Below, in pieces: positions 34,570 through 43,906 of a DNA stretch of 58,140 bases; position 1 is the stretch's first letter, and the number at the start of each line of letters is the position of its first letter. The stretch lies in the NCBI GenBank assembly GCA_046735315.1, contig JBKPTB010000160.1, forward strand, positions 1-58,140. Reading direction: 5' to 3'. The notes beneath the pieces are model-generated. The model made no database searches, was not told the DNA's origin, and saw nothing but the letters and a program-made list of their open reading frames with translations. The translations under genes were made by a program, and so were the position numbers. This DNA comes from Actinomycetota bacterium. Its GTDB lineage: Bacteria; Actinomycetota; Thermoleophilia; Gaiellales; Gaiellaceae.

Positions 34570-34662
34570 GCGCCGAACCGTTCCACAAACCGTCGCTCGT
34601 CGTCGACGATCGAAGGTGGAGATCCGCCGGCGGCGCGAGCGTCGGACAGCGACGCGCTTCCG

Positions 34663-35646
34663 TCAACCGATCCGGGCGGCCGCCGCCCGGCCCGCGGCAA
34701 AGGCCGCGGCAAAGAAGAGAGGGTCGTCGCCGGAACCGCGTCCCATGTGCGAAAGAGGAAGTCCTGCACACGCGTCTTCCCACCCTCCGACCTCTATCTC
34801 TTCGCGCGCGTCGAGCCAGGCCGGCGCCTCCCAGCTCGAAGGCCAGGGAACGACGACCTGCCCCAGAGCAAGCTCGAGAGCGGCACGCGTGTGGTGCGAC
34901 ACGCCTCGGTGTCGCTCGCGCGGATCGGCCGCCGACGCGCGCACGGCCACGATCGGTGTGCCCTCGAGCGCCAGCGCTGCGTTCACCGCGTCGGCAACCG
35001 CAACTCCGCCGTGGCCATAGCCTGAACCGGTACCGACGATGCCGGGCCCGATCGCACACACGACCGCGTCGAATCGCTGCGTCGCCGCCCACAGCAATGC
35101 CGACGCCGTCGAGACACAGGCCACGTCACCGTCGACGCACGGCCCGACCGCCACAGTCGTGGTCAGATAGTCGAGCTCCAGGAGAGCGCGGAGTGAATCG
35201 GACAGGGAGACCGGAAGCGCACCGCCAGGCAGCTGAACGTACGCGAGACGACGGCCAGGCCCGAGCCCCGCACAGACGGGCGCCACCTGGCTGTGCAGAG
35301 AGCAGCACACGACGGGCAGGCCGGCCAGGCTCTGCGCGAGTCCACCGTCTTCCTCCGCGTGCCGGACGGCGAATTGCCCGGGTAAGTAAGGAAGCTTCAT
35401 CACGTGAGCACCTTGCTCGGGGGCGAGGTCGAGCCCTCGCGTCAGGTTCGCATAGAGGACGTCGAAGCCTCCCGAACCGAGCTCGAGCTCTCGGGCCTGG
35501 ACGTTGACGAGCACTTCGTCTCCGAGCGCCACCGGTCCGGTGAGACGCGGGTACGCGAGGCAGGGCGCACCGTCCACCTCGATGCGCGCGAGCCCTTCCT
35601 CGCGCGAGACGACTGCCGTGACGAGACCTCGCCTAAGCGTCAGCAT
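34663..35646 (-). CDS. DUF3866-like protein of unknown function
   Basis: About 327 aa from ATG 35646 (MLTLRRGLVTAV). The N-terminal barrel-like segment plus GPGIVGTGSGYGHGG resembles what I remember of DUF3866. Its start overlaps the M20 gene end by 14 nt. Confidence 0.5.
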   Translation of the reverse strand: MLTLRRGLVTAVVSREEGLARIEVDGAPCLAYPRLTGPVALGDEVLVNVQARELELGSGGFDVLYANLTRGLDLAPEQGAHVMKLPYLPGQFAVRHAEEDGGLAQSLAGLPVVCCSLHSQVAPVCAGLGPGRRLAYVQLPGGALPVSLSDSLRALLELDYLTTTVAVGPCVDGDVACVSTASALLWAATQRFDAVVCAIGPGIVGTGSGYGHGGVAVADAVNAALALEGTPIVAVRASAADPRERHRGVSHHTRAALELALGQVVVPWPSSWEAPAWLDAREEIEVGGWEDACAGLPLSHMGRGSGDDPLFFAAAFAAGRAAAARIG

Positions 35647-36757
35647 CGCGCGCGACGTCCACAAGCGCCAGCGTCACCTCGACCATGCCCTCGAGGTCAT
35701 CCACGGTGATGCGCTCGTCAGGCGTGTGGATGTCCTGCATGCCGTTCGCCAGGTTCAGGCACGCGAGTCCGCGCTCGTTGAAGACGTTGGCGTCCGCGGC
35801 CCCGCCGCTCAGACCGTAGGACGGCGTGTAGCCGGCGCGCTCGAGTGCCGCGTGTGCAATGCGGACGACCTGATCGTCGGCCTTGAAGCGATAGCCCTTG
35901 TAGCTCTTCGAGACCTTCGTCTCGACCTCGCAGTCCTCCAGCCCGGCGGCGAAGGAGAACGTATCGAGCATCTCCTGAACGAGCTCTTCGAGCTTGCGCT
36001 CCTCGTGGGAGCGAGCCTCCGCATCGAGGACGCACCACTCAGGAATGATGTTTCCTGCGGTTCCGCCTCGAATGGTGCCGACGTTCGCGGTCGTGTTCTC
36101 GTCCACACGACCAAGCCTGAGGTCGGAGATCGCACGTGCCGCGGCGACGATCGCGGACCGTCCCTCTTCCGGATACATGCCGGAGTGGGCCGGCCGTCCG
36201 TGAAAGCGCACCTCCATCGCCCGCGAGTAGGGCGCGCCGAGAATGACGTCGCCGATCGGCGCCGCCTGGTCGTAGACGTAGCCGAGACGCGCGTGCAGTC
36301 GCTCGTGGTCGAACGCGGCGGCGCCGAGCAGGCCCACCTCCTCCTTCGGCGTGAAGAGCAACTCGATACCCCCATGCGGTGTGTTCTCGGCCAGCAGACG
36401 GCGTGCGCCCTCGAGCATCGCCGCGACCGCGGACTTGTTGTCGGCGCCGAGGATCGTGCCGGCCGCGTTCCGGATCACACCTTCGTCGTCGATCACGGGC
36501 TCGATCGCCGCCGTGGGCGGCACGGTATCGAGATGAGCACAGAGGAAGATCGGGGTGCCGCCGTCGTTCGTCGGCTCGAGGCGGCAGTAGAGATTGCCGA
36601 TGTTCGAGCCGACGGTGGCGCCAGCCTGATCCTCGTCGACCGTCAGGCCGAGGTCGCGCAGATAACGGCCGACGACATCCGCGACCGCGCGCTCGTCACC
36701 CGGCGGGCTCGGAAGCGCTGCCAGCTCGGTGAAGAGACCGACGACCTCGGAGCTCAT
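35633..36757 (-). CDS. M20-family metallopeptidase (tripeptidase/PepT-like)
   Basis: 374 aa. FLCAHLDTV, ADNKSAVA and FTPKEEVGLLGA are M20 metal-site contexts. Confidence 0.85.
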   Translation of the reverse strand: MSSEVVGLFTELAALPSPPGDERAVADVVGRYLRDLGLTVDEDQAGATVGSNIGNLYCRLEPTNDGGTPIFLCAHLDTVPPTAAIEPVIDDEGVIRNAAGTILGADNKSAVAAMLEGARRLLAENTPHGGIELLFTPKEEVGLLGAAAFDHERLHARLGYVYDQAAPIGDVILGAPYSRAMEVRFHGRPAHSGMYPEEGRSAIVAAARAISDLRLGRVDENTTANVGTIRGGTAGNIIPEWCVLDAEARSHEERKLEELVQEMLDTFSFAAGLEDCEVETKVSKSYKGYRFKADDQVVRIAHAALERAGYTPSYGLSGGAADANVFNERGLACLNLANGMQDIHTPDERITVDDLEGMVEVTLALVDVARDADA

Positions 36758-36779
36758 CGCGCGATCTTAGTGAGCGGTG

Positions 36780-38426
36780 CTACGCGGGGGCTGCGGCCAG
36801 CGCCGAGCGCTCGCGCGAACGATCGAGTGCGGCACCGACGAAATCGCGGAAGAGCGGTGCCGGCCTCGTCGGGCGGGACTTGAACTCCGGATGGAACTGA
36901 CTGGCGACGAACCAGGGATGGTCCGGCAGCTCGACGATCTCGACGAGCCTTCCTGCCTGGAACGTCCCCGAGACAACCAGGCCGGCCTCGACGAGCGCAG
37001 GCCGGTAATGGTTGTTCACCTCGTAGCGATGACGGTGGCGTTCGTGCACGACCGGCTCGCCGTAGGCGTCCTGAGCCCTCGTGTCCTCGACGAGCTCGAC
37101 CGCCTGCGCACCCAGCCGCATCGTGCCCCCGAGATCCTCGATCTCCTTCTGCTCTGGTAGCAGGTCGATCACCGGGTGTGGCGTCTCGGGGTCCATCTCG
37201 GTCGAGTTGGCGCCCTCGAGGCCGAGCACATGGCGCGAGAACTCCGAGACGGCAACGTGCATCCCGAGGCAGATGCCGAGGTACGGGATGCGCTGCTCCC
37301 GCGCGACGCGGCAGGCAAGCAGCTTGCCTTCCCAGCCGCGGGAGCCGAAACCGCCGGGGACGAGCACGCCGTCGACCTGCTCCAGCAACCGCGTCGCCTC
37401 CTCGAGCGACATGCCTTCGGCGTCGACCCACCGCACCCTGACCGTGCACCCGTGGTGCGCGCCGGCGTGCTTGAGGGCCTCGTGCACCGAGAGGTAGGCG
37501 TCTTGCAGCTTCACGTACTTGCCGACGAGCGCGATCTCGACCAGTGAGTCGCTGCGCTGGATGCGCTCGGTCAGGTCGAACCACTCACTGAGATCGGCCT
37601 CACCCGGCGGCAGGTCGAGCTTCTCCGCGACAAGTCGGTCCAGGCCTTCCGCCTTCAGCCGCGACGGCACGAGGTAGACATCGGGGACGTCGGGACTCGT
37701 CACGACGGCGTCGCTCTCCACGTCCGCGAAGAGCGCGATCTTCTCGCGGATGTCGGCAGACAGCTCCTCGTGCGAGCGGCAGACGACGATGTCCGGGTGG
37801 ATACCGATACGGCGCAGCTCGTTCACCGAGTGCTGCGTCGGCTTCGTCTTGAGCTCGCCGGCGGCCTCGAGGAACGGCACGAGCGTGACGTGGAGATAGA
37901 GCACGTTCTCAGGCCCCACCTCGCGCCGGAACTGGCGGATAGCTTCGAGGAACGGCAACGACTCGATGTCTCCGACCGTTCCGCCGATCTCGCTGATCAC
38001 GACGTCGGTCGGAGTCGACACCGCGCTGGCACGGATACGCGTCTTGATCTCGTTGGTGATGTGCGGGATCACCTGTACGGTCGCACCGAGGAACTCTCCT
38101 TTGCGCTCCTTGCGTAGGACCGAGTCCCAGATCGCTCCGGCGGTGTGGCTCGCGGCGCGCGTCAGGTTCTCGTCGATGAAGCGTTCGTAGTGCCCGATGT
38201 CGAGATCGGTCTCGGCGCCGTCCTCCGTGACGAAGACCTCACCGTGCTGAAACGGACTCATCGTGCCCGGGTCGACATTCAGGTACGGGTCGAACTTCTG
38301 CGCTTGCACCTGCAGACCGCGGGCCTTGAGCAGCCGCCCGAGCGAGCCGGCGACGATTCCCTTACCCAGCGCGGACACGACGCCACCGGTGACGAAGACG
38401 TACTTCGTGGGCGCTTTTGCGCTCAC
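36780..38426 (-). CDS. pyrG: CTP synthase
   Basis: GTG at 38426 ([24 protein letters not shown]) gives 548 aa. GATase motif GICLGMH. GTGA overlap with the upstream gene. The track ORF start at 38540 is an over-extension. Confidence 0.95.
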   Translation of the reverse strand: MSAKAPTKYVFVTGGVVSALGKGIVAGSLGRLLKARGLQVQAQKFDPYLNVDPGTMSPFQHGEVFVTEDGAETDLDIGHYERFIDENLTRAASHTAGAIWDSVLRKERKGEFLGATVQVIPHITNEIKTRIRASAVSTPTDVVISEIGGTVGDIESLPFLEAIRQFRREVGPENVLYLHVTLVPFLEAAGELKTKPTQHSVNELRRIGIHPDIVVCRSHEELSADIREKIALFADVESDAVVTSPDVPDVYLVPSRLKAEGLDRLVAEKLDLPPGEADLSEWFDLTERIQRSDSLVEIALVGKYVKLQDAYLSVHEALKHAGAHHGCTVRVRWVDAEGMSLEEATRLLEQVDGVLVPGGFGSRGWEGKLLACRVAREQRIPYLGICLGMHVAVSEFSRHVLGLEGANSTEMDPETPHPVIDLLPEQKEIEDLGGTMRLGAQAVELVEDTRAQDAYGEPVVHERHRHRYEVNNHYRPALVEAGLVVSGTFQAGRLVEIVELPDHPWFVASQFHPEFKSRPTRPAPLFRDFVGAALDRSRERSALAAAPA

Positions 38427-39631
38427 GCGCGTCCCAGTCGATCGAGCCAGCGGACCCCGGGCGTCCGCTCGATCCAGCTGCCGAATGACGTTCGCTCTCC
38501 GAGAAAGGTGAGGCCTGCAAGGGTGCCGATCGCAACCCACCGGCCTCGTCCCGTGAATCGTCTCACGGAATTCAAGCCTAGCAGGGCTCCCAGCGCGTTC
38601 GAGCCCGCGTCTCCAAGCATCGCCATCTCTCGAAGATCGTAAGGAAGAAGCAGGACGGCGACCTTGACCGGAGCGCGGAGCGGGACCGCCGCGAGCAGGT
38701 ATGCCTTCAAGGCTCGCCCGGGACGTGTGTCGAGTTGATTGAGAGCGTTCGCGGCGAGGCCGACGAGCAGCGCGCCCGAGACCCGTCGTGTCGAGATCAG
38801 TCCCACGATGGGAATGCCGATCAGCTTGAGGACGCCGGTCGTGCGGCCCGCGCGGAGATGCGCGCGAAACCCTCGCTCGGGCCCGCTCCAGAGGTCGTCC
38901 GCGAGACCGAGCGCCGCGACGGCGGCAACTGCGGGACCACCCGTCGCGCCGACCTTCCAGCCGACGAGCGGGAGACGAAGCCCGCGGAAGTTGATCCCCA
39001 GCGGCCCGCAGGCGTAGAGGCTGTCTCGCAGCTGTCGACCGCGATGGACAAACCCGGTGAGGTTCCGGCCCGTCGTGCGGTGCCGCAGCGGCAGCTCCGT
39101 CTCGCGGATACGGAGACCGGCCCGCGCGGCGTCAATCGTCATGCGCACCTCGCAGCCGAAGCCGGCGGCCACCGGGAAGCAGGCGGCGCGCGCCCCGATG
39201 GAGAGCGCACGTTGCCCGGAGAGCGGCTCGCGCGGCTCGAAACCCGCCAAGGTCGCGATCAGGCCTCGCGCGATGCGTTTGGCGAGGCCGAATCCCCCGC
39301 CGACGGGCTCGGCGAACGCTGCAACGTTGAGGTCTACGCCGTCCTCGAGCAGCGACGAAAGCTCGCCCGACAGGTCGGCGTCGCAGAGCAGAAGCGCTCC
39401 CGGCGCTGCCGCGCGTTCTGCGGCCGACAGCGCCTGACCCTTGCCGCGACGAGGCAGGCGAAGCACGACCGCCCCCGCCTCTTCGGCGAGGTCGGCGGTG
39501 CGGTCCCGCGATCCGTCGTCGGCCACGATGACCTCGGCGGCGGGAAAGCCCCGGCGTAGGGCGCCGACGGTGTCGCCGATCACTGCTTCCTCGTCCCGCG
39601 CAGCGACGAGAATCGTCAGCGGCTCAGCCAC
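38423..39631 (-). CDS. Fusion protein: N-terminal GT2 glycosyltransferase plus C-terminal miniature MraY/WecA-like (PNPT) membrane domain
   Basis: 402 aa. GT2: [32 protein letters not shown]-terminal part: [16 protein letters not shown] and [11 protein letters not shown] in the order of PNPT signature motifs, with about 4-5 hydrophobic segments. Confidence 0.6.
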   Translation of the reverse strand: MAEPLTILVAARDEEAVIGDTVGALRRGFPAAEVIVADDGSRDRTADLAEEAGAVVLRLPRRGKGQALSAAERAAAPGALLLCDADLSGELSSLLEDGVDLNVAAFAEPVGGGFGLAKRIARGLIATLAGFEPREPLSGQRALSIGARAACFPVAAGFGCEVRMTIDAARAGLRIRETELPLRHRTTGRNLTGFVHRGRQLRDSLYACGPLGINFRGLRLPLVGWKVGATGGPAVAAVAALGLADDLWSGPERGFRAHLRAGRTTGVLKLIGIPIVGLISTRRVSGALLVGLAANALNQLDTRPGRALKAYLLAAVPLRAPVKVAVLLLPYDLREMAMLGDAGSNALGALLGLNSVRRFTGRGRWVAIGTLAGLTFLGERTSFGSWIERTPGVRWLDRLGRA

Positions 39632-40517
39632 CCGTGGTCGTCGTGGTGACGGGGCTCACGCTCGGCAGCGGACCGTCGTTTGCCGTCTTCTTCAAACCGA
39701 AGTCGCCGCGAGTCGTGGGATCACTCAGGAGCGTGGCGAGAGCGAGCTTCCCGGCCCGAGTGTCGATGTCGTCGACGGTGGAGAGGCCGGCCTTCTGGAA
39801 GGCCCTGATGGCGGACGCGGGATCGTCGGTGCTCTCGACTCCGACGGCGGGGACGCCGACGTCGTTCAGCCCGGCGTACAGCCCCTTGAGGAACACGGCT
39901 GTCGGTCCCGTCTGCGCCGAGACCGTTCGGACGACGACGACGCCGTCGGCCGGTTTCTTCGATCGGCCGGCCTTCTCCTCGACGATGAGAGTCTGGAGGG
40001 CATTGAGGAGCGGCGTGTCGCCGCCGCCTGCGAACTCCTGGCCGAGCGCGTGCCCGAGCTCCTCGAGCTGCTTTGCACCCGAGAACGCGGCGAGAAACGG
40101 CCGGTTGGCGAGGCGCCGCTGCAGCTTCGTCTGGTCGATCGGCACCGTCAGGACCCGGAAGCGAATCGGGTCGCCGGCGCCCGCGTCGCTGAGCGTGGCC
40201 TTCACCGAGGTGAGGTTGCCATCGGTGGAGCCGACGAAGAGCACGGCGATCTTCTGGCCCTTGAGGCGGTTCGCCATCACGAGCCTGTACGCACGTTCGA
40301 CGAACGCCTTGTCAGAGGCGCCGGACTGGGTGAGTGCGTCGACGTCTGCCTTCAACGCGTCGCTGCGGCTTTCCGCGCGGCGGACGTCTTCTTGCAGGCG
40401 GTCGCGTTCCGTATTGCCGAGGCCGTGCGAGGCGAGCGCGACGCCGACCAGGATGCCGATGACGAGCGCGAAGAAGACCGCGGCCAGAGAGGCGACGTGG
40501 TAGCGGAAATCGAACAT
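39624..40517 (-). CDS. MctB-family (copper transporter / SteB-like) membrane-anchored protein
   Basis: 297 aa. The N-terminus MFDFRYHVASLAAVFFALVIGILVGV is typical of the family. It sits between steA and pyrG, as in other actinobacteria. Confidence 0.7.
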   Translation of the reverse strand: MFDFRYHVASLAAVFFALVIGILVGVALASHGLGNTERDRLQEDVRRAESRSDALKADVDALTQSGASDKAFVERAYRLVMANRLKGQKIAVLFVGSTDGNLTSVKATLSDAGAGDPIRFRVLTVPIDQTKLQRRLANRPFLAAFSGAKQLEELGHALGQEFAGGGDTPLLNALQTLIVEEKAGRSKKPADGVVVVRTVSAQTGPTAVFLKGLYAGLNDVGVPAVGVESTDDPASAIRAFQKAGLSTVDDIDTRAGKLALATLLSDPTTRGDFGLKKTANDGPLPSVSPVTTTTTGG

Positions 40518-40538
40518 ACGAGGGGGACGTCGAGCGGC

Positions 40539-40961
40539 TCAGAGCTCAGCGGCAGTCTGGCACAACGCGTACAGTCGGGTCAGTGCGCGTCGGGGGAGCG
40601 CGCGGCTGAGCCCGTACAGCCAGGGCGCTTCGACGGAGAGCGTGGCGAGAGTCCGGTCCGGGCCGCTTTCCTCGAGCCGCAGCTCGGCGTCGATGTGATC
40701 GCCGGTCAGCGTCCACGCGAAGACCTCAGGGCGCTTGACCCCGCGAACGAGCAACTTGCCGCTCGACGTCGCCCGGCGCAGGAGGGTCGGCCGGTCCTGT
40801 CCGTGCACGTCCCAGCGTGCGCCTTCCGCGACACCGAGGCGATCCGGTTGGACGCCTGCGATTCCCGGCCACCAGTCGGAAAGGTGGTGCGGCTCCGTGA
40901 CGAAGGCCCAGACCTCCTCGCGCGGTGCGAGGAGCAGGCGCGAGGCTGACACGCGCGGCAT
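40539..40961 (-). CDS. SRPBCC (START/polyketide cyclase-like) family protein
   Basis: 140 aa. The pattern PREEVWAFVTEPHHLSDWWPG is typical of SRPBCC proteins. Confidence 0.7.
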   Translation of the reverse strand: MPRVSASRLLLAPREEVWAFVTEPHHLSDWWPGIAGVQPDRLGVAEGARWDVHGQDRPTLLRRATSSGKLLVRGVKRPEVFAWTLTGDHIDAELRLEESGPDRTLATLSVEAPWLYGLSRALPRRALTRLYALCQTAAEL

Positions 40962-40979
40962 GCGCCCCGAACCCTAGTT

Positions 40980-42113
40980 TCAGCCGATACCGAGCAGGTC
41001 GCGCAGGCGCAGCGCGAGGTATTCGATCAGGTGGCGGAGCGCCGGGGAGACCGCAATCGCAACCGCGATCGCGCCGAGGCCCGCGAGCGTGAAGAGCACG
41101 AGTGGCCAGATCCCGACCTTCCGCGTTGCCAGCCTCGACACGCCCTTGGCGTCGATGAGGATCTCGCCGACCTTCAGCCGGGTGATGAACGTCGAGGACA
41201 TGCCGGCGCGGTTCCGTTCGAGGAACTCGATCAGGTTGAAGTGCGTGCCGACCGCGACGATCAGCTCGGAGCCCTTCTCGTAGGCGAGCAGCAGTGCGAG
41301 ATCCTCGCTGATTCCTGTCGCGGGAACGATCTCGTACGGGAGGCCCAGTTCTCGCGCACGTTCGGCGCCGGGGGCGACTCCGTCCCGGTACCCGTGCACG
41401 AGGAGCTCGGCGCCGGACCGAAGCGCCTTGTCGGAGACCGAGTCCATGTCGCCGACGATGACATCTGGCTTGTACCCCTCTTCCAACAGTGCGTCAGCGC
41501 CGCCATCGACCGCGATCAACACGGGCTTGAAGACGCGGACGTACGGCTTGACCATCCGTAGATCGCGCTTGTAGCCGGGCCCGCGCGCAACGACGAGCGC
41601 ATGCCGGTCGCGAAAGTTCGTTCGCAGCGGCGGCAGGGCGATCCCCTCGGCCAGGAGCCTCCCTTCTTCGCGGAGGTAGCGCATCGTGTTCTCCGCGAAC
41701 GCCTCTAGCGCTTCGGTCACCCGCCCTCGCTGCTCGACGAAGCTCCGCTCGAGCTCGCGTTCGTCGAGGACCCGGCCCGATGCCAGACAGGTGCCGTTGC
41801 GGTAGAGACCGGCACCACGAACGGTAAGGAGCTCACCCTCGTGCACGTTGTCGAAGAGGTCGTCCGCGGAAACCTCGATCAGCCGGACGCCCCCACGCAC
41901 GAGCTGCAGCGGGCCAGGATTCGGGAAGCGCCCGGATTGCGACGCCGCCACGTTTACGACCACGCGGACGCCTGACTCGAGGAGTGCTTCCGCGGAAACG
42001 CGATCCAGGTCGGTGTGGTCGATGATCGCGATGTCATCCGCCGACAACCGCTTGACGAGGTTCTTCGTCCGACGGTCGAGCTTGGCGTGGCCGGTCAGCT
42101 CGACGAAGCTCAT
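40980..42113 (-). CDS. steA: Putative cytokinetic ring protein SteA
   Basis: 377 aa. N-terminus AKLDRRTKNLVKRLSADDIAIIDHTDLDRVSAEAL and a C-terminal membrane segment. Conserved position downstream of recN. Confidence 0.75.
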   Translation of the reverse strand: MSFVELTGHAKLDRRTKNLVKRLSADDIAIIDHTDLDRVSAEALLESGVRVVVNVAASQSGRFPNPGPLQLVRGGVRLIEVSADDLFDNVHEGELLTVRGAGLYRNGTCLASGRVLDERELERSFVEQRGRVTEALEAFAENTMRYLREEGRLLAEGIALPPLRTNFRDRHALVVARGPGYKRDLRMVKPYVRVFKPVLIAVDGGADALLEEGYKPDVIVGDMDSVSDKALRSGAELLVHGYRDGVAPGAERARELGLPYEIVPATGISEDLALLLAYEKGSELIVAVGTHFNLIEFLERNRAGMSSTFITRLKVGEILIDAKGVSRLATRKVGIWPLVLFTLAGLGAIAVAIAVSPALRHLIEYLALRLRDLLGIG

Positions 42114-43738
42114 TCGTGGACGCTCGCGATGAACTCGCGCCCACCGAGCATGCGTTGCAGCTCTTCGCGGCGCTCGGTTTCCCCGAGCAGCTCGATGCGC
42201 GTGTGTGTCGGATCGCCGGGGATCTTCTCGACGCGGAAGTGACGATCGGCGACGCTGGCGATCTGTGGCAGATGCGTGATCGTCACGACCTGAGCACGCG
42301 TAGCGAGCCGCCGCAGTGTGTCGGCGACACGGTGCGCGGTCTCGCCGCCGATGCCCGCGTCGATCTCGTCGAACACGATGGTCTCACCGCCCGAGACCGC
42401 TGCGATCGCGAGCGCGATGCGCGAAAGCTCGCCGCCCGACGCGGTCTCGGCAACCGGAGCAAGCGGGAGGCCTCGATTCGGGCGCGCGAGGAAGGCCACC
42501 TCGTCCGAGCCCGTGGGGCCCGGTTCTCGCTCCCGCAACTCGGCGGCGAATTCCCCCTCCCCCATGCCGACACCGACGAGCTCTGCCGCCACGGCGTCGG
42601 CGAAACGTGGGGCTCCGTCGCTTCTCGCCTGCCGAAGCTCGCCGGCGAGCCGCGCTACGTTGCGCTCTGCGACCGACAGCGCTTCTGCGGCGGCCGCCGC
42701 TGGATCGAATCCCTCTTCGAGCGCCTCGAGCTCGGCCTGCGCCTCGGCAGCACGGGCAAGCAGCTCGTCGTAGGTGTGTGCGGCGAAACGGCGCTTGACC
42801 TGTGCCATTCGCTCGAGGTCGGCTTCCACCTGTTCGAGCCGGTCCGGCGTCGCCTCGAGGGTCGTGAGAAACCCACGCAACTCGCTCGCGGCCTCGCGTA
42901 GCCGCAGTTCGGCGTCGCGCAGCTCGTCGGCGGCGCGGGAAAGCTCCGGAGCCAGCCGTTCCAGTGGTGCGACCGCGCGTTCCGCAGCGGCGACGAGATC
43001 GGCGGCCCCCTCACGTTCATCGGAAGCAAGGGCTTCGGCCGCAGCAGTTGTTCCTTGCACCAGCTCGCTGACATGTCGGAGCCGTTCCCGCTGTGCGCGG
43101 AGATCGTCCTCGCCGCTGGGAGCGAAGCCGGCCGTGTCCTCCACGAGCGCCCGCAGCTCGGACAGCCTGGTCTCAGCGGCCGCAGCGCCGGCGTGCAGCT
43201 CGTCGAAGTGCCGGCCTGCGGCGGACAACTCGCGCCACGCGAGCCGCGATTCGGCGCGACGGCGCAGTTGTTCGTCACCGCAGAACGAATCGAGGACGTC
43301 GAGTTGGTAGGACGCCCGTGCGAGCCGGCGTTGCTCGAACTGACCCGACATCGCGATCAATCGCTCCCCGGCGGCGGCAAGATCCTCGCGCGCCGTGGCA
43401 CGCCCCCAGGCGTAGGCCCGCGTCCGGCCGTCCGCGAAGACCCGCCGGGCGACTACGAGTCCATCCTCGTCCTCGGGTCTCAGCTCGGCGAGCGATGCGA
43501 GCTCGTCCTCGTCCAGGAGCCCGGCGGGCAGATCGAGCTCCGCCTCCACGTAGGCCTCGTCACCATCCGGCCCGATGAAGGCGGCATCGCCCTTTGCGCC
43601 GAGCAGAAGACCGATCGCCTGGGCGAGAATCGTCTTCCCCGCACCGGTCTCACCGGTGATCGCGTTGAGCCCGGGAACGAGCCCGAGCTCGGCCTGATGA
43701 ATCAACACGAGGTTTTCGATGCGCAGACGGCGAAGCAT
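42110..43738 (-). CDS. recN: DNA repair protein RecN
   Basis: ATG at 43738 (MLRRLRIENLVLIHQAELGLVPGLNAITGETGAGKT) gives 542 aa. Has a coiled-coil middle and an SMC-type C-terminus. The GTG at 43837 would add 33 atypical residues. Confidence 0.93.
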   Translation of the reverse strand: MLRRLRIENLVLIHQAELGLVPGLNAITGETGAGKTILAQAIGLLLGAKGDAAFIGPDGDEAYVEAELDLPAGLLDEDELASLAELRPEDEDGLVVARRVFADGRTRAYAWGRATAREDLAAAGERLIAMSGQFEQRRLARASYQLDVLDSFCGDEQLRRRAESRLAWRELSAAGRHFDELHAGAAAAETRLSELRALVEDTAGFAPSGEDDLRAQRERLRHVSELVQGTTAAAEALASDEREGAADLVAAAERAVAPLERLAPELSRAADELRDAELRLREAASELRGFLTTLEATPDRLEQVEADLERMAQVKRRFAAHTYDELLARAAEAQAELEALEEGFDPAAAAAEALSVAERNVARLAGELRQARSDGAPRFADAVAAELVGVGMGEGEFAAELREREPGPTGSDEVAFLARPNRGLPLAPVAETASGGELSRIALAIAAVSGGETIVFDEIDAGIGGETAHRVADTLRRLATRAQVVTITHLPQIASVADRHFRVEKIPGDPTHTRIELLGETERREELQRMLGGREFIASVHE

Positions 43739-43871
43739 GGCTCGCCGAGATGGTAAGGGGCGGGGAACGCGGCCACCACCGTCGAAAGCGCCCCCGGCCA
43801 GATAGAGGTAGACGCGTGTAGCCTCGGGAAACCCCACCTCCCTCCCCTACGGCCGACGCTAGCGGCGAAAG

Positions 43872-43885
43872 TCACACGAGTGTGA
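43872..43885. promoter_or_regulatory. Perfect inverted repeat TCACAC-GA-GTGTGA in the recN upstream region
   Basis: Read directly, 134-147 nt upstream of the recN ATG. The 2-nt centre is too small for an RNA hairpin loop, which favours a dimeric protein operator. Confidence 0.4.
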
Positions 43886-43906
43886 ATCGCGACCGTGCCG
43901 GAAGCG

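Noticed and set aside
43739-43837. Alternative recN start at GTG 43837, preceded by the purine-rich tract GGGAGGGAGG.
   Set aside because: It would add 33 residues (GFPEATRVYLYLAGGAFDGGGRVPRPLPSRRA) unlike any RecN N-terminus. The purine tract abuts the GTG with no spacing. The ATG at 43738 gives the canonical MLRRLRIENL...GETGAGKT start.
43832-43847. G-run tract GGGGAGGGAGGTGGGG on the recN strand, considered as a G-quadruplex.
   Set aside because: One of the four runs has only two guanines, and such tracts are frequent in GC-rich genomes. I noted it within the recN-leader finding but did not claim it as a structure.
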